This document shows positions 1-14,300 of a stretch of 64,000 nucleotides of DNA, one piece after another. This DNA is from Amphiscolops sp. MND2022 (lineage: Eukaryota). Location of the stretch: the NCBI GenBank assembly GCA_964187785.1, contig OZ076409.1, forward strand, positions 28,088,001-28,152,000, written 5' to 3'. A model generated the notes under the pieces. It ran no database searches. It was not told where the DNA came from and saw only the letters and a program-made list of their open reading frames with translations. Every line of letters begins with the position of its first letter. The first letter of the stretch is position 1. Made by a program: the position numbers and the translations under genes.

Positions 1-780
1 GCTTTGTTTCGTTTCGTTTGATTTTTTTCGTTTTTTTCGGCACTATGCGACTTTTTTTTCGAAAATTTTCGGAATCTATCAATTGCATTTTTTTTGAAGT
101 TTTCGGTTTGTAAAAACGTTTAATGAGCCTGAATGGCCTCTTTTTGAGTTTTTCGGAATTGTGCGACTTTCTAAAAAAATACTTTTTTTCGAAAAAAAAA
201 ATTTCAATTTTTTTTTGAAAAAAATAATTTTTCCAAATGTTTCCAATAGTTGTTCCTTGAATATTTTTGAGCCTAAGATATGGCGCCGACTTGGGACGTT
301 CCCGTCTTGTTTTTTTTTCAGTTGACAATCTCACTCTGAGTGGTCCACTTTTCTTACAATTTTTGTTCATCTTTCATATTTGTTCATCTTCCATCTTCGA
401 CCCAGCCGGAGAGCGTGGGTTCGATTCTCGCACTAAACCATAAATTTTTTAATGCTTCCAAAAGTACATGTGAGACCAAAGGGTCCCCCCTTTGGGTTTT
501 TTTCGGCACTATGCGACTTTTTTCGAAAATTTTCGAAATTTATCAAAGGGTACCCCCTTGAATTTTTTTGAAGTTTTCGGTTTGTAGAAAACGTTGAATG
601 AGCCTGAATGGCCTCTTTTTGAGTTTTTCGGCATTGTGCGACCTAAAAAATACTTTTTTTCGAAAAAAAAATCAAAAAATTTTTTTGAAAAAATTTTTTT
701 TCCAAATTTTTCCAATAGTTGTTCCTTGAATATTTTTGAGCCTAAGATATGGCGCCGACTTGGGACGTTCCCGTCTTGTT
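1..780 (+). mobile_element. two tandem partial copies of the HINE/Helentron-like repeat
   Basis: Both end GGCGCCGACTTGGGACGTTCCCGTCTTGTT (~311 and ~780). Confidence 0.75.
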
Positions 781-1642
781 CAACGTTTCCGTGAATTAGA
801 ACTCTGAAACAACAACTGAAATCGTTGTCCAGTAAGCTTTTTGAAGGGATGAATGCCGGTTTCTGTTATATAAATGAGCTTAAATTTGACACAACAATTG
901 TGGAAAAGTCCAAAAATTAAGAGTTTATGTTGCTTATGTGAGTACAATTTTTGAGCGTTTTTGAGTAGGAAGGTACACAACCAAAGGCGAATGAACCAGG
1001 TATGTAGTGTCCTTTTTCGATGAGGAAATTACGTTGTTTTACAGCAGAAATACTTCAAAACGATAGGAGTGAGTCGGAAAGGAGAAAAATTGAAATTTTA
1101 AACGTTTTTGTGCAAAGTCTGTGAACTTTTCGAAACGTTTCGAATGCAAGAAAACTAAAATGGTTCATCAATAAATGCAATTGATATCCAGTTGGCTTTT
1201 TTGGGAGGTGTTTGCTAATTTGTGCTTGGAAAATGTCTCAGTATGAACCGAAAAAATTATAAAATATCAAAAATTTCCTTTTTGAAAATTTGTGATTGTT
1301 TGAGAAAGTTTTTCTGAACTAGATGGTCCTAACGCTTCAGATGATTTATCAAGCTATGCAGTACGCCTTTCAAAGGAAAACTTTGTAGTTTTCTAGGTTG
1401 AACATTATCTCAGAATGACCCAAGTGAGTCGAAAATCCAATACTTTACCGAAAAACGATTTTTGTTGGAAATTTCGTAAATTTCGTATATTAGAAGAATG
1501 AGAACATTCAATAGCAAGCAAACGCAAGTAGACCTTTTGAAAATCAATTACAGTTTAATGTTCGAAAAGAGCCTCACATTGACCCCAAAATAACTAAGAA
1601 GTCTAAAAGTCGAATATCCTGCTGGTCAGCGGGCGTCTTGTG

Positions 1643-2136
1643 AGTCGGCGCCTTTTCCCTTAAGGAAAAAAGCCCGACTATTACAGTGAGTAGTTTTTTT
1701 TTCAGTTGACAATCTCACTCTGAGTGGTCCACTTTTTACAATTTGTTCATTTGTTCAACTTCGACCAATTTTCTGAACCCGGAGAGTGTGGGTTCGATTG
1801 TCGCACTAAACCATAAATTTTTTTATGCTTCCAAAAGTACAAGTGAGACCAAAGGGTCCGTCCCCCTTTGGGTTTTTTTCGGCACTATGCGACTTTTTTT
1901 GGAAATTTTCGAATTTTATCAAAGGGTACCCCCTTGCATTTTTTTGAAGTTTTAGGTTTTTAAAAAACGTTTAATGAGCCTAAATGACCTCTTATTGGGT
2001 TTTCGGCATTGTGCGACTTTTTCAACCAAATACTTTTTTTGAATGTTTTCAAATTTTTCCAAATGTTTCCAATAGTTGTTCTTGAATATTTTTGAGCCTT
2101 AGATATGGCGCCGACTTGGGAAGTTCCCGTCTTGTT
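1643..2136 (+). mobile_element. HINE/Helentron-like repeat
   Basis: AGTCGGCGC start; GCGCCGACT plus hairpin and TTGTT end. Confidence 0.75.
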
Positions 2137-3049
2137 TTTGATATTATTGTGTAAGCTAGGATACTGCATACTACGTATTTAAACGCTGAAAACCAACTAT
2201 TTGCCCTGTAATACCATCGCGATTTATAAGTAACAACTCCAGTTACTTATACAAGTAACACCAGTTAGTAAGATGGACAATTCTGACAGAAAACGAGCAC
2301 ATAATTGACTATTGACCAAAAATAGTTTGCTGAGACAAAAGCTTTCTAACAAACCTCCAGAGTAGTGAATGTTGAAAGTCTTGAAATTTTGCGAGCGTCC
2401 TTCTCGATTTCATTTAAAATGTCTTTCACGTAACAAAGCTTCAAGTACAAGATTTGGATGCTTCCAGTGAAAGCTGCTATGTGCTTCTGAAAACATTTTT
2501 AAAATAAGGTTGTCTTGAGATATCGGTCTGCAATGGAAGGGATTAACTTGTATAAATTCGTTTTTATTTTGTTGCGGATATCAAGATTTAATACCGATTT
2601 TTTTTTGGAATTCCATTATATATTCTTTAACATTTTATTTGGAATTATTACTCAGCCACAAAGTGGCCGATTCCATTCAATATCCTGAGCTATTGAATTC
2701 TTGAGAATGGAGCGCCAATTTAGTCGTTCCCAGTTCATGTGGATCTATACCGGAGTGTTTTTCCCGAACCAAAACACTCAAAATTACTAGTTTCAAAAAT
2801 AGCCTTTTCAGTGTCAGCTGCCCGTTGTAAAATTTAACCTTAAAAAGGGCAAGACTGGAAGTATCCCAGTACCTGTCGGGATTCTTGTTTTTGTTTGTCA
2901 CGACTTGTCATGATTGACCAACTTGCGATTTAACTGCTGCAGCACATGACACTGTAAAGTCTTTCTTAACATTGACATTCCTGCTGGGCATTTTCCAAAT
3001 CGTTTACACAATGCGCACAATTCGGAGTCAACACACGAAATGAGGGGGG

Positions 3050-3551
3050 AAGTAAATAACTTCTAAATAAATAACTTCTAATTAATATAGTAAACAACTT
3101 CTAAATAAATAAGTTCTAAAATTATTTTAGTAAATAACTTCTAAAATGCAATGGCATCTAGTAAATAACTTCCAAACAGCTATTTTGACGTAATTATTTC
3201 TATAACGTCGTTAGCTATGTTCACATACCCCTAGTGCCCTAAATGCAGGAGCGAAGCGACGTGCCATATGGCCATGCCTCAATGTTGCTACTTGGCGAAG
3301 GGAGCGAAGCGACGGGACGAGCCATACAACAAATATGCTAATCTTTTCAAATAACAGTTTTCGGAATAATAGAACGGTAAGTTTATTTTCGGAATAATGG
3401 AACGGTTAATTTATTTTCGGAAGAATGAATAGCAATCTTTACTAGAATGATTTCAGAAGTTACCAGACGCAAATGCATTTTAGAAGTTATTTACTAATAT
3501 AATTTTAGAACTTATTTATTTAGAAGTTATTTACTAATATAATTTTAGAAC
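3050..3551. repeat. palindromic element with TAGTAAATAACTTCTAA arrays
   Basis: Direct arrays on the left are mirrored by TTAGAAGTTATTTACTA arrays on the right. Confidence 0.7.
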
Positions 3552-6500
3552 TTATTTATTTAGAAATTATTTACGTGATCCGAAATGAGTTTGACAGCCT
3601 CTGTAGAGCGATTATCTGTTTTTCTAAGGCTTGTCTTCAAATTAATTTCTTTTGCGGCCTTCTTCAAAGACTTCTTTTGTACGTTAGTGTTTGTTGTTTG
3701 GCTTCCGAATAGTGTCCAAATTGAAAACAAGAACAGCAAACGTGCAATTTTAATAATTTGCTGACTCAAAATATTTGATTTGCGGTTAAATCTCATCAGA
3801 CAGACGTGTATGTCAAAACATTGGAAATTTCTTGTAGATATATTTTCATGATTGAGCTCAATATGTTTCTCTGAAAGGTTCACCTATCAGCTATTCTGCT
3901 CACGTAGTATGTTTTTTTGTTTTGCCGGTTGAATTATCTTTTTAAAAAGTTTTCTTTCGGCCCAAAAATTGAATTGCCGTTCTTCTAGGCTCAAATTATA
4001 GAATTGTATATATGCTTGAAAACTGTACATGTATTTTTGATTGTGGTATACATGTAGATTGACTATTGTGGTATAGATGACTGTAATAGCCATATAATTC
4101 CTTCAAATACTGACTGAATTCGTTCTTTGAATTCGACAGCAACAACGTGCCCAATTGACTGGTGGAATATTTTTGCTTCGAATAACTAAACGCTATATCA
4201 ATATTTGCTGTCTGTATCTTAAACGTAAATAAAGTCTATTGGTATGACATTTCTTAGATTTGGCATATACATGTATTATCGCTATAAGTCCTTATTTATG
4301 CTAGATGTTTGTTCTCGAATGGCATTTAACTTTTGGCCCAGTTTTTGTCCTTTTTTTCTTCATCAAAAATGCCGAAAACTTCCTGTTGGAACAGTTTTTC
4401 TCATTTTTAAATTTTCTGGCTTTCAACCAAGGTTTTCCTGGGAGATGATAGTGCTCAGAATCATTTGAAGGAAGCCGATTTTCGCGGTTTTTCTTTTATT
4501 GTCGAGAAATTTTTGTGGCAGATTTTTTGAAAGCATTTTCCCAAGTATTGTAAAAGTTGCAAAATCTACTTAAACGGAAGAAGAAATTTTTGTTTTCCCC
4601 CGAACCCCTTCGCAATTTTTGTGTTTATTTTCTAAGAAAGTATTCCTAAGAAACTCTAACTCCTGGTCTTCGAATAAAATCTGAATTTTTGAAGAAGAAC
4701 CGTTTGAAAACCATGAAAGTACTCTAGTTCAAATGGAAGCCTCCAATAACCATTCCCTTTGTCAAATGTAGGTTTTTTTTAGTTTCCGCACATTTTTCCA
4801 TATGAAGAAAAACTAATTGTACCGCGTTTTCCCCTCATTTTGCCATGTTCCTATTTTATACTCAAGTGATAGTGCTCTTCCACAGTCTTCAACTACTACA
4901 AAAGTAGGTTCCTAGCATATATTTGTCGAGATATTTCAACTTCAAGAAAAAATGCCTGCAAAAAATCAATTTTTCCAAATGTCCAGTTTTCCGCCATTTT
5001 CATTTACCTTTTGAATGTCTCTAGAGATTAGAATATCCACTAAGTTCAACGACTAAATAATTGTCTTTTCAACAAAAGAGATTTAAGATTTTTTTAGCAG
5101 TCTTTGAATGCTTTAGTGGTTATGAACATCCACGAAGTTTGAAGACAAAACAATAACTTTCTTAGCAAACTTTCGAAAGGAGATCCAATGTTTATCTTTT
5201 GGAAAGAGATCCGAATTTTATAGTTTCAAAAAAGCCTCGAAAGATCCAATAAAAATTACTAAAATGCAATTTTCGAATAATGTTTACGTGGGATAAGTCC
5301 CCACATAATTAAGCCTCGAAACAACTAGTAAGACAGCACGCTTTTTTTGAAGAGAAATGTGATGTTTTAAATTCGTTCCTCAGCGCAAGTTTTCCCTATT
5401 GAATTATATCTTGAGCCTTTGAAACCCTGAGCTGCACAGCGACTGTGTATTTCCCATGTTGTTATCTTCTTTTATTAAAAACACTTTCAAAAGCAAGAAA
5501 AACTTTTACCAAGTCTCATCAAGCTTTAATTAGGTTGTCGGTCTCAATGCACAACGTTTCAGAGCTTCAAAGAAGTTATTGTAAATTTCTGCTCTTTCAA
5601 AATTCTGCTGTGAAGAACAACGCTTTGTAGCTATTTCCTCCTTGTGCAGTTTACTGTACTGAGACGAGTTTTTACTTTCATAGTAACTGTAAACCTTTGA
5701 GGAGTTTTTGGAGTTATTACAGTAAATCCCCTGACTTGCGCTGTATGATGAAGATAGCTTTCCATTCTTTCATCGTATATAATAGCACTAGAAGGTTATA
5801 TGCCCATTTCAAAGGGTAGACTTACGCTTTCTTTTTGCAAATCTTTTGATGTCCTTTCATTCATCACTTATCTTTGCGATTGATCTGAAAGAAGAAGAAA
5901 AATGGGCCAATTGAAAGTGCCGGCTGCTTGTACTGGTGGTCTTGAAATATTCTTGAGAAATACTGAAATTTCTTAGGTAAAAGCAATATTGACAGGGAGC
6001 TAAGGTCAAGCACTATCAAACACGCACCGCAACACAATTCTCACTTTTTCTTCCCCTCTTCCAAAATTTATCATCCCGCATCATGTTAAAGCTAGAAAAA
6101 AGAAGCCTCCACTGTTCATTGACTTGAAGTTTGATACCGTTTCTTATATTTCTCACCTGTCTTTCATTTGACAATATCCCTGCATGAGTATCAGAGAAGT
6201 GGGGGGGGGGGGGGAATACCCGTCAGTACCGGGGTGCAGGGGAAGATATTTGTCGAAAGCTCAAAAAGCCTGATTTTGCTTAGCTAGTTTGGTCTTTTTA
6301 CTTTAGTAATGTTAGTAAAGTATCAAGACAAATCGAGATTTCGACACAAGGGGTTTTACACTTGATAAATACAACCAAACATAAAAACATAGTCAATCAA
6401 CAAAGCACCTTTGCGCCGTCATTTGGGATAATTTTCTTCACAACTGAAGATTTCAAAATCGGTCATTGAGGTCAGCCCTTGTTTATTTCACTTTTCAACA

Positions 6501-6859
6501 AATCCATAAAACTAAATCAGGCAGATTTGTGCTAGCCTCATTCAAAGACGGCGAAATGCAAAAAGAATGTTTTTCGGACATCAAAGCTTCCCAAATTAGC
6601 GAAATCTTGAAATTGAGAATTAGCGTAAACAACCTCTGGGCGCTTATCAGTGGTAGACTCCCATAATCACTTTGGTCGCCTCTTTAAACATGAGTGAATT
6701 GTTCACATTGGGTGCTAATGAGAACATTGACTTCGTTCCGGTCAATTGAAATTCTTCCCAGTGAAACGTGCACTCTCACATTATCCAAAGCAAAAACAAT
6801 TTCCTTATGGAATTATAAAAGCTGTAGACGGTGAAGCTGCTTCAAGAACAAAGTTGATA

Positions 6860-7040
6860 CAGTCGGACCTCGTTATAACGAACCATCGATACAGCGTAAC
6901 TCTCGTTATAACGGAATTTGATTTCTAAACCAATGGAAATCAAGTACACACACAAGTACAAAAGTATTCGAAACAGCGTAAACTTTTAAAGTAATCAATG
7001 AGATACTCCCCGAGAGGTGTGGTAAACCGAGGTCCGACTG
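6860..7040. mobile_element. pogo/Tc1-type MITE
   Basis: TIR CAGTCGGACCTCG / CGAGGTCCGACTG with TA TSD. Confidence 0.85.
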
Positions 7041-7893
7041 TATTGAGCACTGACCAAATAATTATGAATTTCCAGTTGTAGACTTGGCTATACATGTTTC
7101 AATTTTATCCTTGAAGAAAATGCTTGTTTCTCCAAAATTAATGTTCATTAATGAAAAAGAGTCAGTAAATCCCTTTCTGATAAAATTGTGTAATTGAAAG
7201 AATCTGCTATAATGGCAGCTGTTGATGAAGCCATGAAAAACGGAATTGAAAATCCGTTGATTCATTAGTTGGGAATTGCTTTGAATAATTGAAAGTAGAT
7301 CCCTGGTTATTCCGAGAATCCAGGAGAAGTGCAATTAAACCATATTTATTTTGTTCATCAGGTTCAATACTTGCACTTGAACTCAGTGTGCACATCGATT
7401 GAGAAAAAATCCATTTGAAATTAAGAAGCATGATTGTTACGGATTAGTTGTGGTAGAATTGAACTAGTTCAATTAAAAACATGAATTAATTTACGACTAG
7501 TTAATAAATAAATAGATACCAGTAAATTAATGAAAATTATGATTGTGAATTTCATCAACAGCTTCGAAAATCTTTTGATTCCATTTTTTCAAAGATGACA
7601 AAAGTGCCGGCCGGGTGTGTAGTTCATAGTTTGATGTCGAGAAGTTGATATTTGCGAGAAAACTAAATTTTCGATTATTGCTCTTAAGTCGCTTATTTGA
7701 AAACCTAATGGAAGTGGTGGTTTCAAAGTTTTAGATTTCAAGGAGACTATTAGAGTTCTTTACTTTCTGAAAATCATTTTTCACCTTCACAAATAAATGT
7801 ACAAATGTGGTTTTGATTAAGTTTTCTGTTGCTAATACGTTCCTATGCGTGGTTCTCTATTTCGTCCAGTGTTATGTGTCATCTGCTTCGTAG

Positions 7894-8355
7894 CCTACAT
7901 GAAGCTGAACAGTCGCACTTATTACAGCATCACTGCATACAGTTTACCACAAAACTCGGCCACATTCGGAGCTCATGGACTGCCGCCTCACCTCGGTGTG
8001 AACGGAGGCTCTCAAGGGCGGCGGCACCCGTACCCGTCGTCGTCATCTGAAGTAGGGGGTGCCGGACCCAGCAAGCAAATAAAGCGGCTGCACCATCTGG
8101 CTTTTGTCAGCTCAGTTTTGGCACTATTGCATCATATCTTATGTCATTTCATGTTCGCTTTACTTTATTGCGCAACCACTTTCATCAAAGCGGATTACCT
8201 GTCCCACACATATGGCAGTGGGGGTTCCATGCCCAGCGGTGGCTACGTGCCGGAGGTCGCTGCTGTTGCCCAGTCGCAATTGTCATTACAGTCATCCTCT
8301 CTCGTGTCTGCCACCACGCCATTGACATTTCAACAAGCACAGCCGCCACATCCAG
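7894..8355 (+). CDS. FRMD4-like gene, upstream coding block (may contain a short intron)
   Basis: GC-rich coding-like part of ORF 7845..8399 after a tag acceptor. Confidence 0.55.
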
Positions 8356-11300
8356 GCACGGCAGCATTCGCAAAAATTACATTAAAAATGCTATTTTGAT
8401 CACATATTTCAATGTTGATAGTTTAAAATGAGCCAATTTTTATTTGTGGAACGAGTCGAATAGTATAATGTTTACCAAGAAAATTTTAAAAATGGAACAT
8501 ATAATTTGTGCTTGTGTTCAACATTTTCAAGATTTCGTGAACCCAAAAAAATTGCTCATTTTTGGGTATCTCATTAAGTTGATTCTATTTTTGTGATGCC
8601 TGCTTCCGTGTACCAGGCGTAGCTGGGGCCTCTGCGATTCTGTTCAAAGTGTCTCCTCCTTCTTACGACTACAACTCTGACCAGTTGTTCATGCAGAGGA
8701 CTTTCGTTGCTCAAAACAAAGACTTTTCTCTGGCCTTGGCTCTGACCGTCATGGAAGTTATTATTCATTGGTGCCAATCTTGGGTGGTTTACTTGTGGAA
8801 AAAACCCTGTTGTTATTTCGCAGAGAAACTTCCCAGGTTCGAAAGCGTGCAGTATTGTCATGCCAATGTGTCAATTGGGCAAATGAAATCATGTTTGTAA
8901 TCTGAAGGCAGCATGTTTTCCTATTTAATACCCCAAGAAATGTCAAAACCGGCGACCTTTCCGAGGGTTTCATCGAACTGGAAATAGTTTCGAAGCTTTT
9001 CGAGTTAGAAGATAACTGGCGAATTGAAGTGATACGAACGATTACAATCATTGTCCGTTTTTCGATGCGCATACTGTAAAAAAATTAAAATACACTGGAG
9101 TTCAGTGTTCCAGGTATGACCGAAAGTGTGTTAGATTTTGGTGTGTAGACTGATGATGTAATGTGAGGAGAAAACCTAAATTGGCGACGTATATTTCAAA
9201 GCCATGGGAATGACTTTGATTCGATTCAGTCCATTCAAATTTTGAGTTGCGTCGATGAATGGTGTAATTAGCAAGTGTCACATATAATGGTGGCTTCAAT
9301 TATCCTGATTGAATTAGCTGCCGGTTCGTGCGTGTGCGTAAGGGCTGTTGGCATATCCATTTGATAATTCTGGTTGCTTTTGTTTTCATTCGTAGTGAAA
9401 TCATCAATTCCAACACATTTAGCCAATGTTATTTTTTGCCACAGTGATGTAACACTACACTGTTATGATTCTCTCTATACACCAGTAGACTGAAAATTGA
9501 AACATTGACAATCATCACATTTCCATTTGTGAATTAAAATGGAGTTTGAAATGATTGAATGCTTTGGTTCCGTCAAAATTTGGTCCTCTGGGCTTGAAAC
9601 GGCACATTACCACTCCGCTTTGTCCCTGCTTTGAATGTCTGACAGCACTATTCACGTTTAAAAAATCAGTTTCAAAAAGTTTCCGAATTGTATTTTGATG
9701 TGATATCGCTATTTTGATTAGCTGGAATGTGACTCCTGGAATTGTGAAAACACATTGCAAATTGTCATTTTGAGTTCACATTAATCCCTTCCTATTTTTT
9801 TGCTACAATGAGAAAACGAAACTACGGAATTGGAATTGAAAGTCTTGCATTTGAAGATTTCTTCGTGTTTAATATCTATTTTTGATTTGAATGAACTAAT
9901 TCATGTTTCGCACCTGTGAGTGAGATTGAATCACATCATCCTCCAAAGCTTTTCAGAATAACATGAGGAAGATCTAGCCCATCGAAAATAGTCATGTTTT
10001 TTATTTCAATCTTTCTCGATCTAGGAAAATTTTCTCGAATTTTGTTTTTAAAAATCTATTTTTGTAAGTCAAAATACAAAACATGACCGTATAGAAAGAT
10101 GTTGAAAAAGTCATTCATCAATCATCCCGTAAAACAAACGGGCTCAAGATTCAAAATCCTTGCGCAACTCCAGGCGGTGTGATTACTGGACGCAGCTGAA
10201 AGTTATATGTGGCTAAGCTCTGCGTGAAACGTTTCCTTTGACTCCAGGAGACTGTTATTTTGAACCTGGTTAGGTTAAGAACGTTGTTGGAAGAAGATTG
10301 GTGCCCAATTGACACTTTTGTCCAGCGAAGAGAAAAACATATACGACGAGGCTGGAATCATAAAAGGATTGCAGATATTTTTCTTGCCTTTAATCTCTCT
10401 CATCATTTTCTCGAGCGGAGCCACTTCGCTGGCCTTCGAAAAGAATCTGAACGCTTGCCATGCTTTCATTGTCGCTTTGTGGTTGTCGACCTTAATGTCA
10501 ATTCCTTTCCTCATGGCCCTTGTGCTATTGCCCATTTACTTCTGTCTCAAAATATTCGCCCATTTGCTCAAAATTGCCATTCAGTGACCAATATTCAATG
10601 ACCACTTTGGTAGTACGAGTCTCAAAGACCTTCTTTTGAGCTGGCGTTGACTTGAGAGCCACGTGAAAAGACCTAACTTCCTACCTCCCATATTGATCGA
10701 GCGACGCGACAATCAGTTCAAAGCAGTTCAAGAACACCCTCACTTTTTACTGAGAAATAGTTGGAAACAAACTTCAAAGTTAAATTTATTGATCCTAATT
10801 TTATCATTAGCCAGTTACAATTTATTTTTTATAAACTAATGGTGTCTTTTCTATTACAGAGCCACTATGCTGGTTACCGCATGCAATGTAAAGCATTGTT
10901 CGTAGTTAGGGCAAAGTACCTCGATCAGAATCTTTGACATGTATATTGTTTTATTGATTAATTCAAAACATGAAAATGTTCGGAATTTTAAAATATACTT
11001 TCGGAAATTTTTATAAACGATTTTATTGTGAAAAATTATGTGGAAATGATAGATACTTTTTTTTAAAATTCATTAGCAACATTTTTGCAGTTGTAGAAAT
11101 ACTAGTGTTCCTCGAAAGGGCCAATTTTCAGTGGTATGATAGCTATACCCTTTGTAACACAGCTAATTTATGTCCTACTGTCAAGTTTATTATTTTTCAT
11201 GTTGGAAGCAAATGTCTGTAAAGAAAAGAGGGAAATTGATAATGTAAAATATTTGGAATTGTTAGGTTCTAGAGTGTAACAAATTACCATTTCCAAGTAT

Positions 11301-14300
11301 CTTGTGACTGATCACACTACTAGTTGAGTTGTGAAACGGAAGCTTTCCATCACATTTTCTCTTCGCGCCTCAATGCCTCTGCGCACTTCAGTGAATATCT
11401 GCTGCCGAAAAGTGGAAGTATCGAAATCATTTTCCCCAAATGGCGGCAACAGTTTGAGTGGTTTTAATGCTGAAACTGAAGTCAAGGTCTTTTCTAAAAG
11501 TATCATCACATCGATCTAATGATAAGGCCGCTGATAGTACTTGAGCTTTCGAGTTTGTTGTACTATTCACAAGATAGGGAAAGCCACTAGAATGAAACGT
11601 TTCTAGAAATTGAGGAAGTTTTTTGGGGTACTCCATCTTGCAATCTTGTAAACATTGAACGTTGCAATTAGATAGTTACGTAGAAATTAACATCCGCAAT
11701 AATTACCAATACCATACATTGTACTTGGTTTAATAGCATGCTTAGCATCGAATTGCTCCTTTTTAGTCGATGACAACTTGATATCTCGTTCTTGATTACC
11801 CCAAAATCGTTTTTAAAGAAGAACAAGCCGGGAACGGTCCAAGTCGGTGCCCGTTGAAAGAAAAGTTTTTTAAATATGTTTTTTTAAAAGGGACGCAATC
11901 GAAGAAAAGTTGCACATTCCTGAAAAACGTAGATATCATCCACAAATATTGAGAAAACTCTCATCAGTTCCACGGAACCAAAAAATAATCAACGAGGTAC
12001 CCCTTAGGACTCAGAAAAAGGTTTTCCTTACTGAAAACATCACAAAAACAAAAATTGTGTGCAATTTTTCGACTTTTTCTAAAATTCTTCGGTAAGTCAC
12101 ATTGTGCCGAAAAACCTAAAGGTGGCCCTGTATACTCGGAAAACGCTTTGTTTCTGCTAAAAACCAAAGGGGCGCTTCAGTTAGAAAAACTTCAGAAGTA
12201 AGCCGCATAGTGCCAAAAAACCCCAAGAGGGACCCTTTGGTCTCCCCTCTACTTTTGTAAGCATTAAAAACGGTTTCGTGCGAGACTCGAACCCACGTAA
12301 CCCTGCTTCTCAGACCTCAGAAATCCGCATTAACCTGTAGGCCAAGTAGCTGTTAAAAGTTAACATTATAGAAATGCTTTTAGAAATCTGTCAGTTCGCT
12401 GGTTTTAAAAAGTGTCGGTTCTTTTTGGCTATAGTCGGTTCTTTTCTCACAAGAAGCGCCGACTAAAAAATGAGTTTGGAGTAAGAATGGCAAATTTTCT
12501 TACCACGTGTTGATGAAAGTTTGAACGGTAAATTTTATTTTAGGAAGAACAGCTCAATTCTGCGCTGACGTCTCCCTATCACAATTGGTCTCCTTTCCTT
12601 GGGAGTAATCAACACAGCGGTGGGTCCTCTACCCGAAACCACCCCACGAATCCCTACAATCTGGGCATCAAGGGGGCACCCGGTCCCCTCCGAAGTCTAC
12701 AGGCAGGCTTTTTTCCTAAATTTTTTTTCAGCTATTCTGATGTAAAGCTTTTCTGAATCATTCATTTTCAACACATCTTGAAATGTTTTGAACCCAGAAC
12801 TTGTTGTTTCCGCAGTTTTTGGCTCGCTCCGTGTTTTTGCGAAAAGATAATCACAGCCTAATATTATTTGTTGACTTAGTCCGGAAAATCTGACCCAGGT
12901 TGATCATGATCTTGGTCTTGCCAAGATCTTACCATCGCGACCATGTTTCGTAGTATGATCATACTATGACCATCATGTTTCATATCATGAACATAGTATG
13001 AAAACCATGTTTCAAGAGAAAAATGTAGTAAGAATGTCGGACATGGCGGTTACCTGTGCACATAGTTCACAGAAATTGCTTACCGAAGTCCTTATGCTGT
13101 ATTTTTAGGGAGGCGCTCAGCTCGTGAGATACATAGTATCACACTTGACGAGAACCTTCGGGTCTCAAAACTGGAAAAGTATAAAACCTAAACTGCTTGA
13201 AATCAATGAAAACAATTCAGATCTGTATTTAGATACACTAGAATCGATGAATTATGAATGTAACAAGACCATAATAACAAGTTTTCGGGTTAATTACTGG
13301 AAATATCCACAACAACGATGATGCAAAACGGGAATAACGTCTATATGCAAAACAGGAATAACGTCTAAATCAGATATCATGGATCTAAAACGTCTAAATA
13401 CAAAACGGGAATAACATCTAAGGACCATATGTACTTCTTGAATTGAAAAATTACCTAAATACCCCCAAAAAATCCCGAAAATCCTACCTATCTCAGCGGC
13501 TTCTGGAAACGCGGTGCCGAAAAGCGTCCTTAATTCTACCCGGGCCATTAAGGTAACCCATATAACAGAACAGAAACAACGGCTTCAAACAGAACATTGA
13601 TAAAATGATTCATGGATGCGCGCCGATTTCCAATAAATGCGCGCCGATTTCCAATAATAACCGCTAAGTGATAATGGAATTTTTGGAAAATTTCGAACAT
13701 GTTCAATCATACTATGATCATAGTCACCGACATGCTATTCATAATGTGGCCATACTATGATCATAGAATGACAATCATTTTCCATCATGACCATACTATG
13801 ATATGGTATGATTCATCATTTCCGAATATGTCGGTCAACCTGGGGATGCCGAAAAATATATTTAAAGGACAAGTTTTTCCGGAATGCATAGATATACAGA
13901 AGTATTGTTAGCATGCCTGTGTGTAGGACGTGAGTGCGGCTGAGTTGTCTAACAGTGAACTCTCAATCAACTCTTCCAGTGGCTTCTCAGACTCTGGTCT
14001 GGCTACAACAGTGCTGCAGACTACGACTGCTTCGTACCTGAATAGTCAGAATAATAGCAATGCCAACAACCAACGTACGGTTTGACAACATTATCTATCC
14101 TCTAGATATCATTCAACATAGCCTTCCTCCTGTCAAAGTTTCTTCAGCTCTTGAAGGACCCTTTCCTCAATGATAGATTATTACTAATCGAAGTTACTAT
14201 GAACCATGAACAAGCATGTCAACTCATTGTCTATTTTTGGTTCCAATTGCAATAAGGGACTAAACTTTTGCAAACAATTGAAGGGTCTATTTTATTTTGT

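Noticed and set aside
4300..5900. Possible decayed mobile-element or viral coding sequence, or FERM exons
   Set aside because: I could not read a convincing motif or a spliceable open frame.
10309..10587. Hydrophobic 92-aa ORF resembling a membrane protein
   Set aside because: No ATG start, and it is the antisense of a Lys-rich frame, which commonly gives hydrophobic translations.
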